From: Oikopleura dioica
Lineage: Eukaryota; Animalia; Chordata
Assembly: GCA_907165135.1 (NCBI GenBank)
Contig: OU015567.1
Span: forward strand, 13,888,001-13,952,000
Length of the DNA stretch: 64,000 nucleotides
Direction of reading: 5' to 3'
In this document: positions 48,731 to 62,100 of the stretch, one piece after another
How positions within the stretch are numbered: position 1 is the first letter of the stretch
How the letters are laid out: the number at the start of each line of letters is the position of its first letter
Made by a program: the position numbers and the translations under genes
Notes under the pieces: generated by a model
Database searches by the model: none
The model's input: the letters and a program-made list of their open reading frames with translations, nothing else
What the model was told of the DNA's origin: nothing

Positions 48731-50253
48731 TCACGTGGCCATAGCTTCATCTGTTTCCTTCTCTTCCGCAACGTCGTCCAATTTAAGCTTTTTTGGTGGA
48801 CTAAAATCAAATTTTAAGACTAAAGAGCCACTAAAAAGGTACCTTGCGGCGCCATCATTTTCATAGTTATCAGTTTTCATGTCATTAATTCCAAGATCAT
48901 CATTCTGTTCCCATGTTCGTTCATACTCTGTTTCAATCAATTGTGGATCTGGCTCAGGAGCACACAAGCTAGAAACCGGTTTGAAAAACGAAGACTAGAA
49001 TAAAAATACTTTTTATGTCATATTATGCGCGATGAAACCGCGATAAGGTACCTAAGAATGTAACTATTTCCAGCCGGGTCGTCTAAAATCAAGGTGCACT
49101 CAGTTTTCAATTCGAGGATGTCATTGATTCGCTCTCTAAACGCGGCGTATCGCTCTTTTCGCCCTTCATGAATGGCCGAGTCACCCGACGAAAAAGGGTT
49201 TTTATCGATTAAATCGTGTCTCAAATCGGTCAACAGTCCCTCGACAGTGGTGAACTTGCCGCTGATGCAGCCGTAGCCAATGTCCCACTCGAGTTCAGGA
49301 ATTTGGATGCTTGCAGTCTCGGATTTAAGGATGTCACGAGCGAGATCTTCAGCAGTTCTGACTTTTAGTTCGAGACGTTTACCCTTGTCGGAAATGCCGC
49401 CGCCGGCTTTGACTTCGTTCGATCTATAGCCGCAGTTTTCGCAGTTAACGGCCATGAGTGTAATTTCCTTGAAGAAGGGGATCTGGACGAGCTTCATTCG
49501 ACAGACGACATTTGCATTGCAGCTGATGCACCGTTCGTTGAATTCGACGACTTCGTTAGTCAAATCTACACCTCGTCCCTTCAACTCATCAGGATTCGGC
49601 GCAGTTCCGAAAACATCCGCCTTGTCTTCCTCTGTGTAAAATCCGAGTGCTTGGTCCTGCGCTTTTGTTCGACCGTAGTGGCGAATTTCGAGCTTTGGAT
49701 CTGGATAAGGCAGGTGGAGGTTTTCGATGGTTGAGTAGCCGGATGGATCGTTGAGCTCTAGATTGAATTTTCGATCAGTGATCTTCTCCAACTTCTCTTC
49801 GCAGAAAGTCAACACTTGAGCCGCCCATTCCGGGTTCTGCTCCTTGTTCAATTCCGCCGTCATCTTCAAATCAGCCGACGCTTTCATGATCAAACCCTCG
49901 ATTGTCGTCATTGAGCCTTTTTGAGTCTGGCTGGGGATTTCAAAGTCCAGTTCCGGGATTCTCACCGTGCAATGTTCACTTTTGACCACTTGGCGGTTCA
50001 GATCTCGGGTTCCGTCGACAATGGCGATGACTCGAACCCCGTGGAGTTCAACTTTTCCGCCAGATTGGACCTCGTTGTTTCTGTAGCCACACTTCTCGCA
50101 ACGAAAGCTCATGACGATCATTTCTTTAAAGAACGGAATCTTGGTCATCATGATCATCGTTTCTCCGTTCTCGTGACAGTTCATGCACAAGCTCTCGACT
50201 TTGGTAATAGAGTCCGCATCGGCGTTGATGTTGACGTAAATTGGCTCCGCCAT
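48731..50253 (-). CDS. ZPR1: Zinc finger protein ZPR1
   Basis: Two CxxC...IPFFKE...CxxCGYRxNE repeats; VVKSE and ILKSETA; [10 protein letters not shown]; last exon [16 protein letters not shown]. Confidence 0.97.
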
Positions 50254-50697
50254 TGCCTACGATCTCCCTTATGACCTCTGAAAAGGATGAAAAATGAAAA
50301 GTGAGGCGCAACTTTCGAGCGGTGTCTGTTTGAGTTTAAGTCTGATGCACGACAAAACGATTTTTTGATAACCGAGTTCAGTACCCGTGAAAAAGTAATT
50401 TTGATTGAACTTATACTATTACATGTTTTCAAGACCTCACATTGAGAATTACCATTAACATTATAAGCGCGTATTTTCTGTGTGAATAAAGCTAACCAAT
50501 GTGAGCAAAAGAGCAGATAGGACAAGCTAAACCAAAATTTTCTAAAAGAAACATGTTTTCTCCGGTTGAAAAATGATGGTTTGGTAACGGTTGCCCATTG
50601 CACTTATATCGTGTTGAAGTTAAAAGGAGAGGGCTAGAGTATGGAGCAAAAATATGCAGTGTGCGAGGGTGCGGTGTGTCTTTCTGGGGAGCGGAGG

Positions 50698-52165
50698 TTA
50701 ATCGAAATCGCCAGACAACAGAAAATTGGCAGCGTCGTTCTCGTTCTTGTCGCACGCAAAAAAGGCTTGAAGAACAGCTTGTTCGGGGAAACCGAGCTCC
50801 TTGAGACGCTCGATTGAGGCCCGATCTTCTGCTGTGATTTCTAACATCACTCGGCCGTCCTAAAATGTATAAAAATCCATGAATACCGCGCAAGAATAAC
50901 CTCAGTCTGTCTAACGCGAGGTCCATCAGCAGGATTATGTGGTGCTTCAGCTGCAGCCGCTGCTCCCTCATCCGGCTCGTTGATCATATTGATAAACTCT
51001 TGCTGATTCGCGGAGATGGCGGCAAACGCTTCCGGATTTTCAAGCTGGAGCTGTTGAATGAATTGCGAGAGTAATTGTGGGTTGCTACGGATGAGCGTTC
51101 TAATTTGCTGGAACTGTGGTTCATTTCGAATTTGATCGAGGGTCGAACCACTTGCCGCGCGGCTAGGAGCCGTCACGGTCGGAGCGGCGCTGGCATCAGC
51201 TGTTGTTCCGGCGCTGGAAGCGGCTGCTTCTGGCGTTGTTGTCTAAAAGCAGGTTTTCAAGTTGTTTCTGTTAGGGTTTCTGTAGCAAGAAAAACGGGAC
51301 AGTGAACTAGATATTCTGTGGTAGACAATTTATAAATCAAGGAGGATCTAAAGAGGAGCGAAATGAGCTTTAAAACGGGTGAAATCAGTGAAGTGTAAAA
51401 GGGTTGATTTTTTTCTATAAATAAATAAGATAAAACGATTGTTGATCCGTAAAATTGAACGCTGAGATCGATGAAATATACATTTCATTAACAATAGGGG
51501 TAGTCAAGATGTCTCACCATTTGAGCGAGCAGTTCCTCTGGAATCCCATTCATCAAGTACTCGACAGCACGTTCGGGATTATTGAAAGCAGCGCCGAGGG
51601 CCTGTCTCACTTGGTTTTCCGGAAAGCCCATCGCCATCAAGTTCGCGACGTGAGGATTTGCTGGGGCAGCTGGCTCTTCTGCTGCTGGTTGACTGGGAGT
51701 AGTGGCGCTTGGGGTGGTTGTCGGGGCAGGGGTGGTAGCGGATTCGCTTGGGGCGGATGATGCTTCTGCAGCAGGACTAGGATGCTTCTTGTAAAGAAAA
51801 ACGATGATGGAGGGACTTACGCAGCGGGAGCCGGAGTAGGCGTTGGTTCTGGCTTTGGCTCGACGGGCTTTGCAACGACTTTTGGTTTTGTCACCATCAA
51901 CACGATGAAACCTTTCTCAGTGATCTGATACTCCTCGAGTTTCTTTTCATCTTCAAGTATTTTACCCTAGTTTCATGGAATCAGTTTCGATCGAGAAAGG
52001 CGAAAAAACCTGGTAGATAAGTTTCTGTGCGTCAGCTTTGTATTCGCCGTTGTGGTCAGATTTGCCGGCCTCTTCGATCAAGGCCTTGAAATCTTTAACT
52101 GTGATGGAAGGCTCTGCTTCGACTTTGAAGGCCTTCTGTTGCAACGTTTTCACTGTCAGCTGCAT
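50698..52165 (-). CDS. RAD23: UV excision repair protein RAD23
   Basis: UBL ([10 protein letters not shown]...QKLIYQGKIL), UBA1 (LMAMGF...[16 protein letters not shown]), XPC-binding ([11 protein letters not shown]), UBA2 (ERLKELGF...[17 protein letters not shown]). Confidence 0.96.
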
Positions 52166-52319
52166 TCTAATTGAGACAGGTTGAGAACATTTTACAAAAT
52201 AAAAATCTATGTAACAAAAAAGCGCAGTGAAAGAAAGAAACGGAATGGTCCTTATTTGAAAGTTTCGAATGAAGTAAAAATATTAACGAAGTTGTAGATT
52301 TGTAACTAGAAGACGAAAT

Positions 52320-52991
52320 TTATGAGAACTCGTCGCCCATCATCAGCTCGAAGAACTCCGACATATCGATTTTGCCGTCGCCATCCTGATCGAATTCTTC
52401 GATCTATTCGAAGTAAATTTACTTGTTAATCATTCCTGATTACCATTGCGACGATTTCTTCTTCTGAGACAGTCTCGCCAAGTTGCTTGAATGCTTTTCT
52501 CAGCTCTCTTGGGCCAATTTTTCCCTATTTCGTCGATTAAGCCCATAAAATTAAAGTGAAAACTTACATCGTCAGACATAAGATTAAATGCTTTTTCAGT
52601 TTCCAATTTTGGATCTCTCGCAAGTACAATCTGTTGAGCCAGTTCAAAGTAGTCCTAGAATGTTTTTAACATATGAAGATTGTGCTAACTAAGCATGATT
52701 ACCTCCCATGAGCAGAGTTTATCCTCTGGCGCGCGAAAAATACTCTTGAATTTTTCTTTCGTGATCGTGTGGCCTAGAGCCTGAGAAATAGGATGTTCAA
52801 GATATCAAGAAAATCTGACGTAATTCTCTCGAACGTTCTTTAGGAAAAAATGAGAATCTGAACATCTTTTCCTGAAGGGCAACTTTGAATTCATCTCGAT
52901 CAAGCTGCTTGTCCTTATCGGAATCAAACAACTCAAATGCCTCCTCGATTTCCGCTCTTTCCTCGTCCGTAAGTTGCTTCTTACGGGGCAT
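52320..52991 (-). CDS. Centrin/caltractin-like EF-hand protein
   Basis: LTDEERAEIEEAFELFDSDKDKQLD...FKVALQALG...AFNLMSDD...LGETVSEEEIVAMIEEFDQDGDGKID; five exons. Paralog not assigned. Confidence 0.88.
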
Positions 52992-53138
52992 TTTTACAGA
53001 CTTCTTAAAAGAAAAATCTTGAGCGCGTTGTTTCCCGTTGTTTATTTTTGTAAGTTATCCTTGAATGTAGTGAATAAATTTCAATGTACATGTTAGCGTT
53101 TTTCTTTTCAATAATGTAAGTGTGTTTCAGAAGATAAA

Positions 53139-56053
53139 TCAGAATCGTCTACCGGCTGCTTTCATGATAGCGCGTTTGGAATCTGTTTTTTGAGCGAGTC
53201 GTTGCAGCCAGGTGTATTTCTTGTTGATAGTTCTCTTCTTGAGCACATCCGTGTCGCTTGATTCTGAAACTGGCATAAGGTCGCCGCCGTCCATTGTCGA
53301 TTCAACGAGGAGTTTCCAGAAGAGATCGGCCTTTTTCAGGTCTCTGTTGTCAGCGACTGAGAAACGATCATAATTTCGGAAAAAGGAGACAGTCTTACCG
53401 TTGAACAAAGTGCATGCTTTGCCGTGTCTTCCAGCGCGTCCCGTTCGACCGATTCTATGACAATGGTCATCAATATTGACAGCCAGGTCGTACGAGAACA
53501 CGTGTGTTATGTCCTTCACGTCGATACCACGTGCAGCCACATCAGTACAAACCATCACTTGAGTTTGACCGTTTCTCAACTTCTTCAAAGCTAGAAAAAA
53601 AGATAAAGAAGAAGTTTCGATGAAAAGTGCACCTCTATTGCGATCAACTTGTTCGAAATCGCCGTGCATGGCTCCAATGACCTTTGAAAATCGCCTGTAT
53701 GTTGACTTGAGCTTATCATAAACTTGATCAACTGTATCTTTCCGGCCACAGAATACCATCAGCTTCCAGTCTCGCTTGATAATCTCGTCCTCTCTTGAAA
53801 CAAAGCCGCCACTGACTCCTCGTCCTTCCCAGCCTCCGTTATCATGAGTTGCATTGGCGGCACCAGGGCCTTCTTCTGGCTCATTATCGGACCAGCCACC
53901 TGCTTGATTTCGCTCTCCCCAGCCGTTGTCATTGCGCGGGACATCCCATCCTTCGCCACCTTCCGCATTCCGAGGTGGTGCTGGCGCATTTTCTTCATCG
54001 CTGCTGGTTTCGCCTTCCAATCGAGGGCCAGGAGAGTCAGCTCGTCGATTATTCCCCCCTGCAACGATTTCGATCGTCTCGTCGTCAGAGTCACTCTCAA
54101 TATCGGTATTTTTCTCACCGCTGTTCCTCAGCTCGTCGATGTATTTACAGAGCTCTTTGAACTTGTCACTTTCGTTGTTGACCTTGATAACGCTCTGAGT
54201 AACCGACTTGACGCAGGAAAGATCTATCTTGCCGACAATGATTTTGACAGCTTTTCCCATGTACTGTTTTGCGAATTTTTGGATCTCAACTGGCCACGTA
54301 GCAGATGTCATGAGTATTTGACGCTTCTTGGGCATGTTAGTCCTTTCGACGAGCTTTGCAATGTCGTCACGGAAGCCTTGATCGAGCATTTTATCCGCTT
54401 CGTCGAGGACAACAAAGGTGCATTTGTGAAGCTTGAGTTCTCCCATCTCTGAAAGATCATTCAAACGACCAGGAGTTCCAATAACGATCGTAGGTGGACT
54501 ACCATCCTGAAGCCGCGAGATATCGTCACGACGATCAGTGCCACCGACCGCCAACATTGTCGTAATCGGACGCTTATTGTCTCTGCCACTGAAGAAATCA
54601 GTATTGAGATTGTTTCTTCCGCTGGTGGATGTTTTTTCGAGTATTCCAAACACCTTATCAACTTGTTCTTTGATCTGATTCGCAAGTTCTCGGGTGGGGG
54701 CAATTACCAAGCCCATCGGTTCTCCTGCCTCGTAGTCCTCGCGGATTTGCATATTGAAAACCAATGGTTCGTCGACTTCTTCGCGGTCAGTTCCGCTCGT
54801 TTCACCTTCTTCCTCTGTCGGTTCTTCATCGATCGTCGATCCAACATCCGGATGAGTGAGAACACCGCCATAAAGACAATGAGCGACCATTGGGGCAAGA
54901 AACGCGAGGGTTTTTCCAGAGCCAGTTTGTGAGATTCCAATTGCATCTCGCCCCGAGAGCGCAATCGGCCAAAGTTGAGATTGAATTGGCGACGGTTTTT
55001 CGAACTTTTGAGCGCTCAGGTGCTTGAGAATCAAGGGAAAGTTCCAGAACGCTTCTTCAAAGCTCAGGCAAGGCTTGTACTCTCGCACCATTTCGTTCTT
55101 GCTCATGAAAGATATTTTGAGATCATTTCCTTGGTTTTTGCGCCAGTCTACGACGTCCACCGCTGGTCGTCGTCGAACTGTACTGTGCTCTTTGTACAGT
55201 ATTTTACGCACGTGTTGTTTTCGATTTCGCATTCTCTCTTCTGGACGATCGCCGTCGGAGTCTGTGGTAGTTCTATCAGGTCTGTCGGGTCTTTCCTCCA
55301 CTTCTAGCTCTTCTTCATCACTCTCAGACTCAGAAGAAGATGATTCAGATGAGAGATCTTTATCTCGTGGTTTTCGGATCACTCCGCTAATGATTCCCTC
55401 GATATGCTCCTTGCAAAGGTTGCGCTGCTCTTCGCTAGTTCCAACGATAATAACAGGCGTCATCCGATCATCACATTCTCCTTGGGCGATTTTAAGGGAT
55501 ACATTGAATTGCTCTTCAATCTCTACGCGAGTTGTATGGCGCTTGCCTGAACGAAACAAGGTTATGAAAACGAATGAGATGGAAACGTACCGATGATCAT
55601 TCCCTTTCGAAATGTAGGAATGAAGATCCTGGTTTGATCTGACTCAAGTTCTTTGACTTCGTAGCGCTTATTTCTCGAAAAGTATCGATGGATGTGATTC
55701 GCTGTTTTCTGACCGCGACGGTAACTGAATGGGCGGTACGGCTGGTCTACGGAAGGATGACTGTATCGCGTGTTTCGATCGAACGAGGGCATCTCTTGAG
55801 TGAGATCGAAATTGACCTCGTCGTTCACATCGCTGTTTTTAGTCTCAGCATTTTCTTCTTCGTCATCATCGCTATCCTCGGCGTACTGATCGTATGCGTC
55901 TTTTTTCTTGCGATTGGTGCCAAGATCGTCCCAGTTCATCTTTCGAACATCTGGTATGCGACGATGATTGGCGCGATGACCGCCTCTGAATAGCATCGTA
56001 TACTGTCCTCCCCATTTTGCGTAGGGTCCCGTTTTCTTTTCGACCGGTAGCAT
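53139..56053 (-). CDS. DEAD-box RNA helicase with an N-terminal KH domain (DDX43/DDX53-like)
   Basis: KH-like IFIPTFRKGMIIG...VSLKI...VIIVG; Q motif FEKPSPIQ, GSGKT, PTRELA, TPGR, DEAD, SAT, ARGID, HRIGRTGRAG. Short in-frame introns lie inside the long ORF. Confidence 0.88.
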
Positions 56054-56144
56054 CGTCTAAAAACGGGGATAGAATTAGATGTTGAACTTTTAAAATTCTT
56101 GTTTGATGCAAAGAATGCTAATAAATACGTTTTGAACAGATAAA

Positions 56145-58001
56145 TTAGAGACCGTATGGCATTGATCTTCTCTGGACATGTTCAGTGCCTACGAATGGCT
56201 TGTAAGAGCCGAAGAGAATTCTAGTTGTGTCGGTATGACCCTGATCGAACCAGTCGGCTTCCTTTGGTCGCCAAGCTGGGTGGTACTTGATTGGACCGCA
56301 TTCCTAAGTAACATTTAACTTATGTGAACGGGCGCTATGATATAATTACGGCTCTGGTTTCTTCAGGAGACTTTTTGCCCTGATCGGCAAGTGTGTGCAT
56401 GATGTTGTAATTGTTGACCCAAGAGAGGTTGGTCTTGTAAGAGTTGGACTCGGAGAGCTCATCCCAAGGCTGGAATGTGTGGTTGATTTCGTAAGAAAAG
56501 TGAGGTCCCTTAGACAAGTCCCTAAACACACAATAAGCGTTGAAAAAGGAAGAGAACTGACCGAATAAGAACGTGTTCGTAGTGGTTTCCACCTTGGAAG
56601 AAAAATCGGCCAATAAATGGAATGTCAGATCGTGGCGATCGCATCGACTCGTAGTTTTCCAAGAAGTTGGTGATCCAAGCGTTGCCAGGACCAAAGTAAG
56701 CAGACATGTTGTTACCCTACAATCAATAAGGAAAATCGTTGATGAGAGTTTCTTACTGGAAGCTGCTTCTCATCAAGGTAGTTCCATCGGCAATAAGGGT
56801 GTCGCATCTCATCATCGTCTCGCTCATCGAGAAGGTCGACGATGTCAGCGGGGGTGTTTCGCGACTAAACACGATTAACCACACGCATCACGACGCGTAC
56901 TTACTGGGTCGACGTTCATGACGGTGCAGCCCTTGTTATGCATATCCTCAGCCCAGAATCCTCGGTACGCTTCGTCGAGATATTTGAGGAAGTCGAGAGT
57001 GATAGTTTTGATTTCAGCCTCGTTTCCTCGGGCTTTGATCTTTTCAAGAGCCTCCTCAGGGGAAATGTCGAGGAAGAAAGAGACATGGGGAGTAAGATCA
57101 GATGCAGTTCCAGAACCGTCGATCGCAGCTTGAGAGACGGTGTATCGCATTTCGTAGTAGTTCTTGGAGAGGTATCCCATCTTCATCATAGCGTAACTTA
57201 AGAAATTTTAAAGGAGTTGGTTGGACATTGAGAGGCATACGCGTAACAGTAGTCAGAGTGGTAGGTTCGGTTGGTGATGGTACCCTGAGCAGTAGTGAGA
57301 AGGTGGTAGAGACAATCCATAGTGTGAATGTGTCGCTGGAGCTTCATGTGATCCTGCATTCTGCAAGAGTGGACGTGATCTTTTGGGTTCTCGTAAAACT
57401 TCTGGAGGTCAACGCTTCGCATGGACAAGTAATGATGGCCTTCCTGAAAGAGACCTAAAAGCGCGAAATAGAATGATCAGCTTACGTCGCAGAGCATCTT
57501 CCAGGTGTTGTAAAGGTTGTTTTCTCCTTTGAAGTCCCGAAGACGATTGAGCTCCCACATGAGATCACCAGTGCCCATATCCTTGAGACCAGCTCCAGCA
57601 GCGATGCCAGAAGTAAACTCAGCCTTGCCCGAACCGGGAAGACCTTCGACCGTGAATAACTTGGCGTACTTATCCTGGATCAGCCTCTGTGGGTTAGTAG
57701 TGCAATTGGCTTCCATAGTGACGGACGTATGATCGAGTCGATTACCGGTTTGACCTTCGTGGTGCTTGGCGAAGTCGAATGGCTGGATATTTTGGTAGTA
57801 CCATTTGCCAGCAGCGTTCAAGGTTCGCTCGACGATACCTGAAAATATGCATCAAAAGCAAGAAGGAAAACAAGGTTTTTTACCTTGCTTGGCATCGTCA
57901 AAAACAGCTGGGTTAGCTTGAGAAGCAGCTTCAACGGGAGCAGCAGGTCGGGAACCCTGGCGCCGAGAAATGTGAGATCGAACGAGACCCACCCGCTTCA
58001 T
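56145..58001 (-). CDS. NDUFA10: NADH dehydrogenase 1 alpha subcomplex subunit 10 (dNK fold)
   Basis: Presequence-like start; FTVEGLPGSGK P-loop; DLQKFYENP...RMQDHM...DCLYHLLTTAQG...SDYCYAYA parallels NDUFA10 LEKFYDDP...RLQ...ALEHLLTTGQG...SDFVF. Confidence 0.85.
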
Positions 58002-59171
58002 TCTGGTGAAATTTATCGTTGAACAATTGTGATACGGGATGTTTATTAGGAAGTTAAACTGTGTCACAAAGAAGAAATTGGTCTCAGAATAAATGCCGCC
58101 CGCTGGTATTTATTCCAGATAACGGTGCAGCGTGCCTTTCTTCACGATGCCTTTCGAATTTTCTTGAGAGTGAGTTGTGCTTGTGGTAAAATAATTTACG
58201 ACCGGTGCTGGGAATAAAAGAAGCGGCGGCATTTACGATATTTTTTCTTGTACGATTCTAGTGCGACTGAAGTGAATTGTTAAATGCTTACGAGGTGGGA
58301 TATCTGTAACTATTTATTTTTTGTGATATCCAAAATGGGGTTGACGTGTTTTATGCACTTCAGATGCATTTGAAAATCTAGGTTTAGAAATGAAAAAGTA
58401 GTGTTTTCCATTGTGAGAACCTTCTGAGTTCGACCTACAACAACAGGTAGGCTACAGTGTCAACAGTGCCAGTACACGCGTAAAAATCGATTAAAAGAGG
58501 TCAAGTTTCTTTAGATTGATAAGTTTGGTAAGGAGAGAAAAATATAAAAAAAAGCGTTAAATGAGAGAGATAAAATGAAATGTGATCACGCTAGAAAGCT
58601 GGCATCGGCGAAATACACGATCTAACGCTATATTAATTGAAAACATTCGAGTATCTTGCCAAACTCGAGCGCTAAAAATTTGAAAGCCAAAAATTTCGGA
58701 ATGAAATCAACGAGGACACCCCTGACCATTTCATACAATGGCCTTTTATTTCGTTAAGTTAACCTTAAAAAGCGGCTGAGAGATTTTGAAGCAGTATGTT
58801 ATTAATAAAAAAAGACTTCAATTTCTCATGAGACAAAAAGTCCCATGAAATGAGAAAAAAGTTGATATTCAATTTTTTGACATCAAGCAACTTTTCGAAA
58901 TGTCTGTATGATTAGCCCGAGACTGAGCTCCTCTGCTAATCCAGTCAAGTTGCAAGATGTGGGATGAAGAGAATATGAGTAGCAGAGACCCAGGTAGCAC
59001 AGGGATAGTAGAATAATTATCACAGAAAGTCTATTGAGGAGGATGATAACTGCCTGGCGGGGCCATGTAATCTGGGCGGGAAAGTAATTGACTCATTCTT
59101 GTTTCAAATAAATATCATCAAAAATGGTCTAGACTTGACCGCACTTATATTCTACTTAAAGATAAAGAAAG

Positions 59172-62100
59172 TTATTTGAACAAGTTCCTTTGTCGTTGAA
59201 TTTCACGGAATAGATCGGACATCTGAGTCTCAAGATTGCTGAGTCTGTCTGAGTTTTGCTTGCAAAGTTGGAGCACTTGGCGTAGGTCGTTGTCCCGTGC
59301 GTATTCACGCTGAGTTGCTTGATTCTGTTCTGATTCCAGACGAATCAGTGATGAATTTACTTGGACGATTTGTGCAGAGACTATTTGATATTTTAATTCA
59401 GGTATTTTTCGTTTTAAAAAATACCTTGGCTTATCTGAGAAGCCATCGAAATCGTTTGAGTGATTGGATCCGATGAGCGTCCAGATGGTGGAGACGAGCT
59501 TCCATTTGGTGGTGGTGTCTTAGAGGACTCATGACCATTCCCGGAAGTAAGTCGGGAGGGAATATTTGAAACTGGGCTTCCATCGGATTCCTTTTGAGCC
59601 TCTTTTTCGCGTGCAATATCGGCGCGGCGCTTGATGCGTTCTGTTCGATCACGAGCTTCCATTTCAGCGAGAGCTTCTTCTGCCTTCTTTCGTTGCTTGT
59701 TAAATGCCTCTTGGAGAGCATTTTTGACATCCTAAAAATTCATACTGAACTGAAAACATCACTCGATTACCTTGACTGCATCCTTAGCTTCTTGATTCCA
59801 TCGCTCCTGGGAGTTCCATGAGCGTTTGCCATCCCACGGCTTCACTCCACGAGCTTGAATTCCTTGCTTGTTTCTGATGGAAACATCAGCTCCTCGTGTG
59901 CAGAGAAGCTGCACAAGACGAACGTGAACGTTTCTCGCTGCATGGTGCAACGCAGTGTTGCCATTAGCGTCTAGTTTGAAGTGGGTAAGTAAAAGAGAAT
60001 GTGAACAGAAGTGAACCTTTGAGATTAGGATTGGCGCCCGATTTGAGAAGCGCATCGGCCACTTCGGGCCACGCTCGTGTGTTGATGCCGGTGAGGATGA
60101 GCGGGGTACAACCGTCACGCGTTTGTAGATCGGGATTAGCGCCCGCGTTGAGTAACATCCTCACAATGCCAATTTTCCCCTGACTCGCGGCGCAATGCAA
60201 AGCCGAGTATCCCTAAATCGAAATTGCGTCAAAAAGGATTCTGATCGAGGCGCACCTTTGTACTCTGCTCGTTGACATCGATCTCAGAATCGGAAAGGAG
60301 CTGTCGGATTTGATCTTGAGCTCCACAATTGGCCGCGGAAATGAGACTTTTTTCGGGCTCCACCAGGATGCAGACCATCGATAGGTGGACTTTCAGTACC
60401 ACTTCTTTCAGGGTCAAAATTTACAAAAACTAAAATTTTCAATTTCAATCGAGAAAGACGCTGAATCTCGAACCCTGCCTATCGTCGAGTGAGCGCACGT
60501 CCGGCTCACGTCCATCTCGTCTGGCTTTGAATCCTCTCCAGGCTTTCACAAGCATATTTCGGACCACATCTACGTTTCCACTACCTCTCTTGGTCTGCGC
60601 AAGCGCCCATGCCGTCATATTCTGCTTGTTTTTGATATCCAAGGCTGGATTACAGTCCAAAACCGCGGCAACGGCACTCACGTGCGCCGCCGATACGGCT
60701 AAATGCAGGAAAGTATTCCCATTAGCGTCTTGAAAGTCTGTATCTGCGCCAAGCTTGAGTAGAAGTCTACAAATCGGATCAAAGAATCATCGGTGATCAT
60801 TGATCACATATAACTAGCAGTCTGAATTAATCTTATTCTGAGAATTAGGCCGATGCAACTCTTGTTCGATCCGTTCCTAGCTGACTCAAGGTTGACCTTC
60901 TTTCCATCAGAAGCAATAGTTCGAAGTAACGCGGATTTTCCATTACGTCGACTATTCACATCTACTCCCGCCGCAATTGCATCATTGATGGCCATATTAA
61001 ATCCGCTCTCTATTGAAAGTTTTCATTCTCAGGTCCTTTGAGGGAAAGAGTACCTGCGCTGAAATGTAAGACAGCATTCGCTTTTTCCCTGAGATCTCTG
61101 ATCGAGTCAAGTCGCTGGTACTTCCCGCGATATTGCTCGCAGAGCTTTCGGAAGCGCTCCTTTTGTCGCTCATCGTCTCGAATCGATGATGTTTCTTTGG
61201 GCATCATCTCGTCCATTTTGGAATTGCCACCGATTCGTAGTTTACGCTAAGAAAGAAAGAATAATAAACTTCATTTTCTCAAAATTCTTACAGTGGCATC
61301 CAAGCGGTCGGCATCCGCTCGCGTGTCTTCCAACGCACGCATAAAGACTCCAGATTGTTTGCTGACGCTGATTTTGTGCGTTGCTGTCTCTTCTTTCTTG
61401 GGTACTGGCTTCTCCTCAGCTGCTGCTGCTGCTGAGGGCTCTTCGAATTTCAAATCTTTTTGGTTAGTTTTTTCTGGCCAAATATTATCAGTGCTCGTGT
61501 TGAAATCGGGAAAATCTTAAAAGGACTTCTATTTTGGATGATAAAGAGATCTAAAGTTACCTCGAAGTTTATTGAGATTTTCATAGTCGTAAGTATCTGA
61601 ATCATCCGAGGGATGATCGGGAAATTGATTTGTTGTAGCGCGGCTCAGTTCGGAGCCGATCGGTTTGATCATCCGTGATCCAGATGATCCTCCATCCTTA
61701 GGAGGCCCGATCGGGGCAATTTGGGATTCGTTGAAGTTCTTAAAAGAGGTCACTATCAAACCCGTTAAAATATGCTTACAGTAAATGACTGAGGGTCGGG
61801 CCAAAAGGAGGATGCCTTCTCATCGGGTTCCCATCTAGAGGTGCTGGGGAATGTCCAGCAGCTGCTTCGGCGTTCTTCAAAGTCCATGTTTCTTTCTATA
61901 TTCGGCATGAAATCCTCTCTGTTTCTATGGTGCGGTTCATAGTTGCTCCGGTTGTTCGTGTGGTTCATCATGGGTTGACCCCAATTGATTGGAGAATCGT
62001 GATGATTGTGGTGGCTTCGGTCTCTATCTCGATCGTCAGATAACTGAATGAGATGAAAATTTAGAAGAAGGAAAGGAACCTACGCGAACATTGCTCAGCA

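Noticed and set aside
53844-55596. Long + strand ORFs opposite the helicase (and similar ones opposite ZPR1, ETFDH, NDUFA10, TMEM26-like)
   Set aside because: Antisense shadows of well-supported genes, with no motifs or splice signals of their own.
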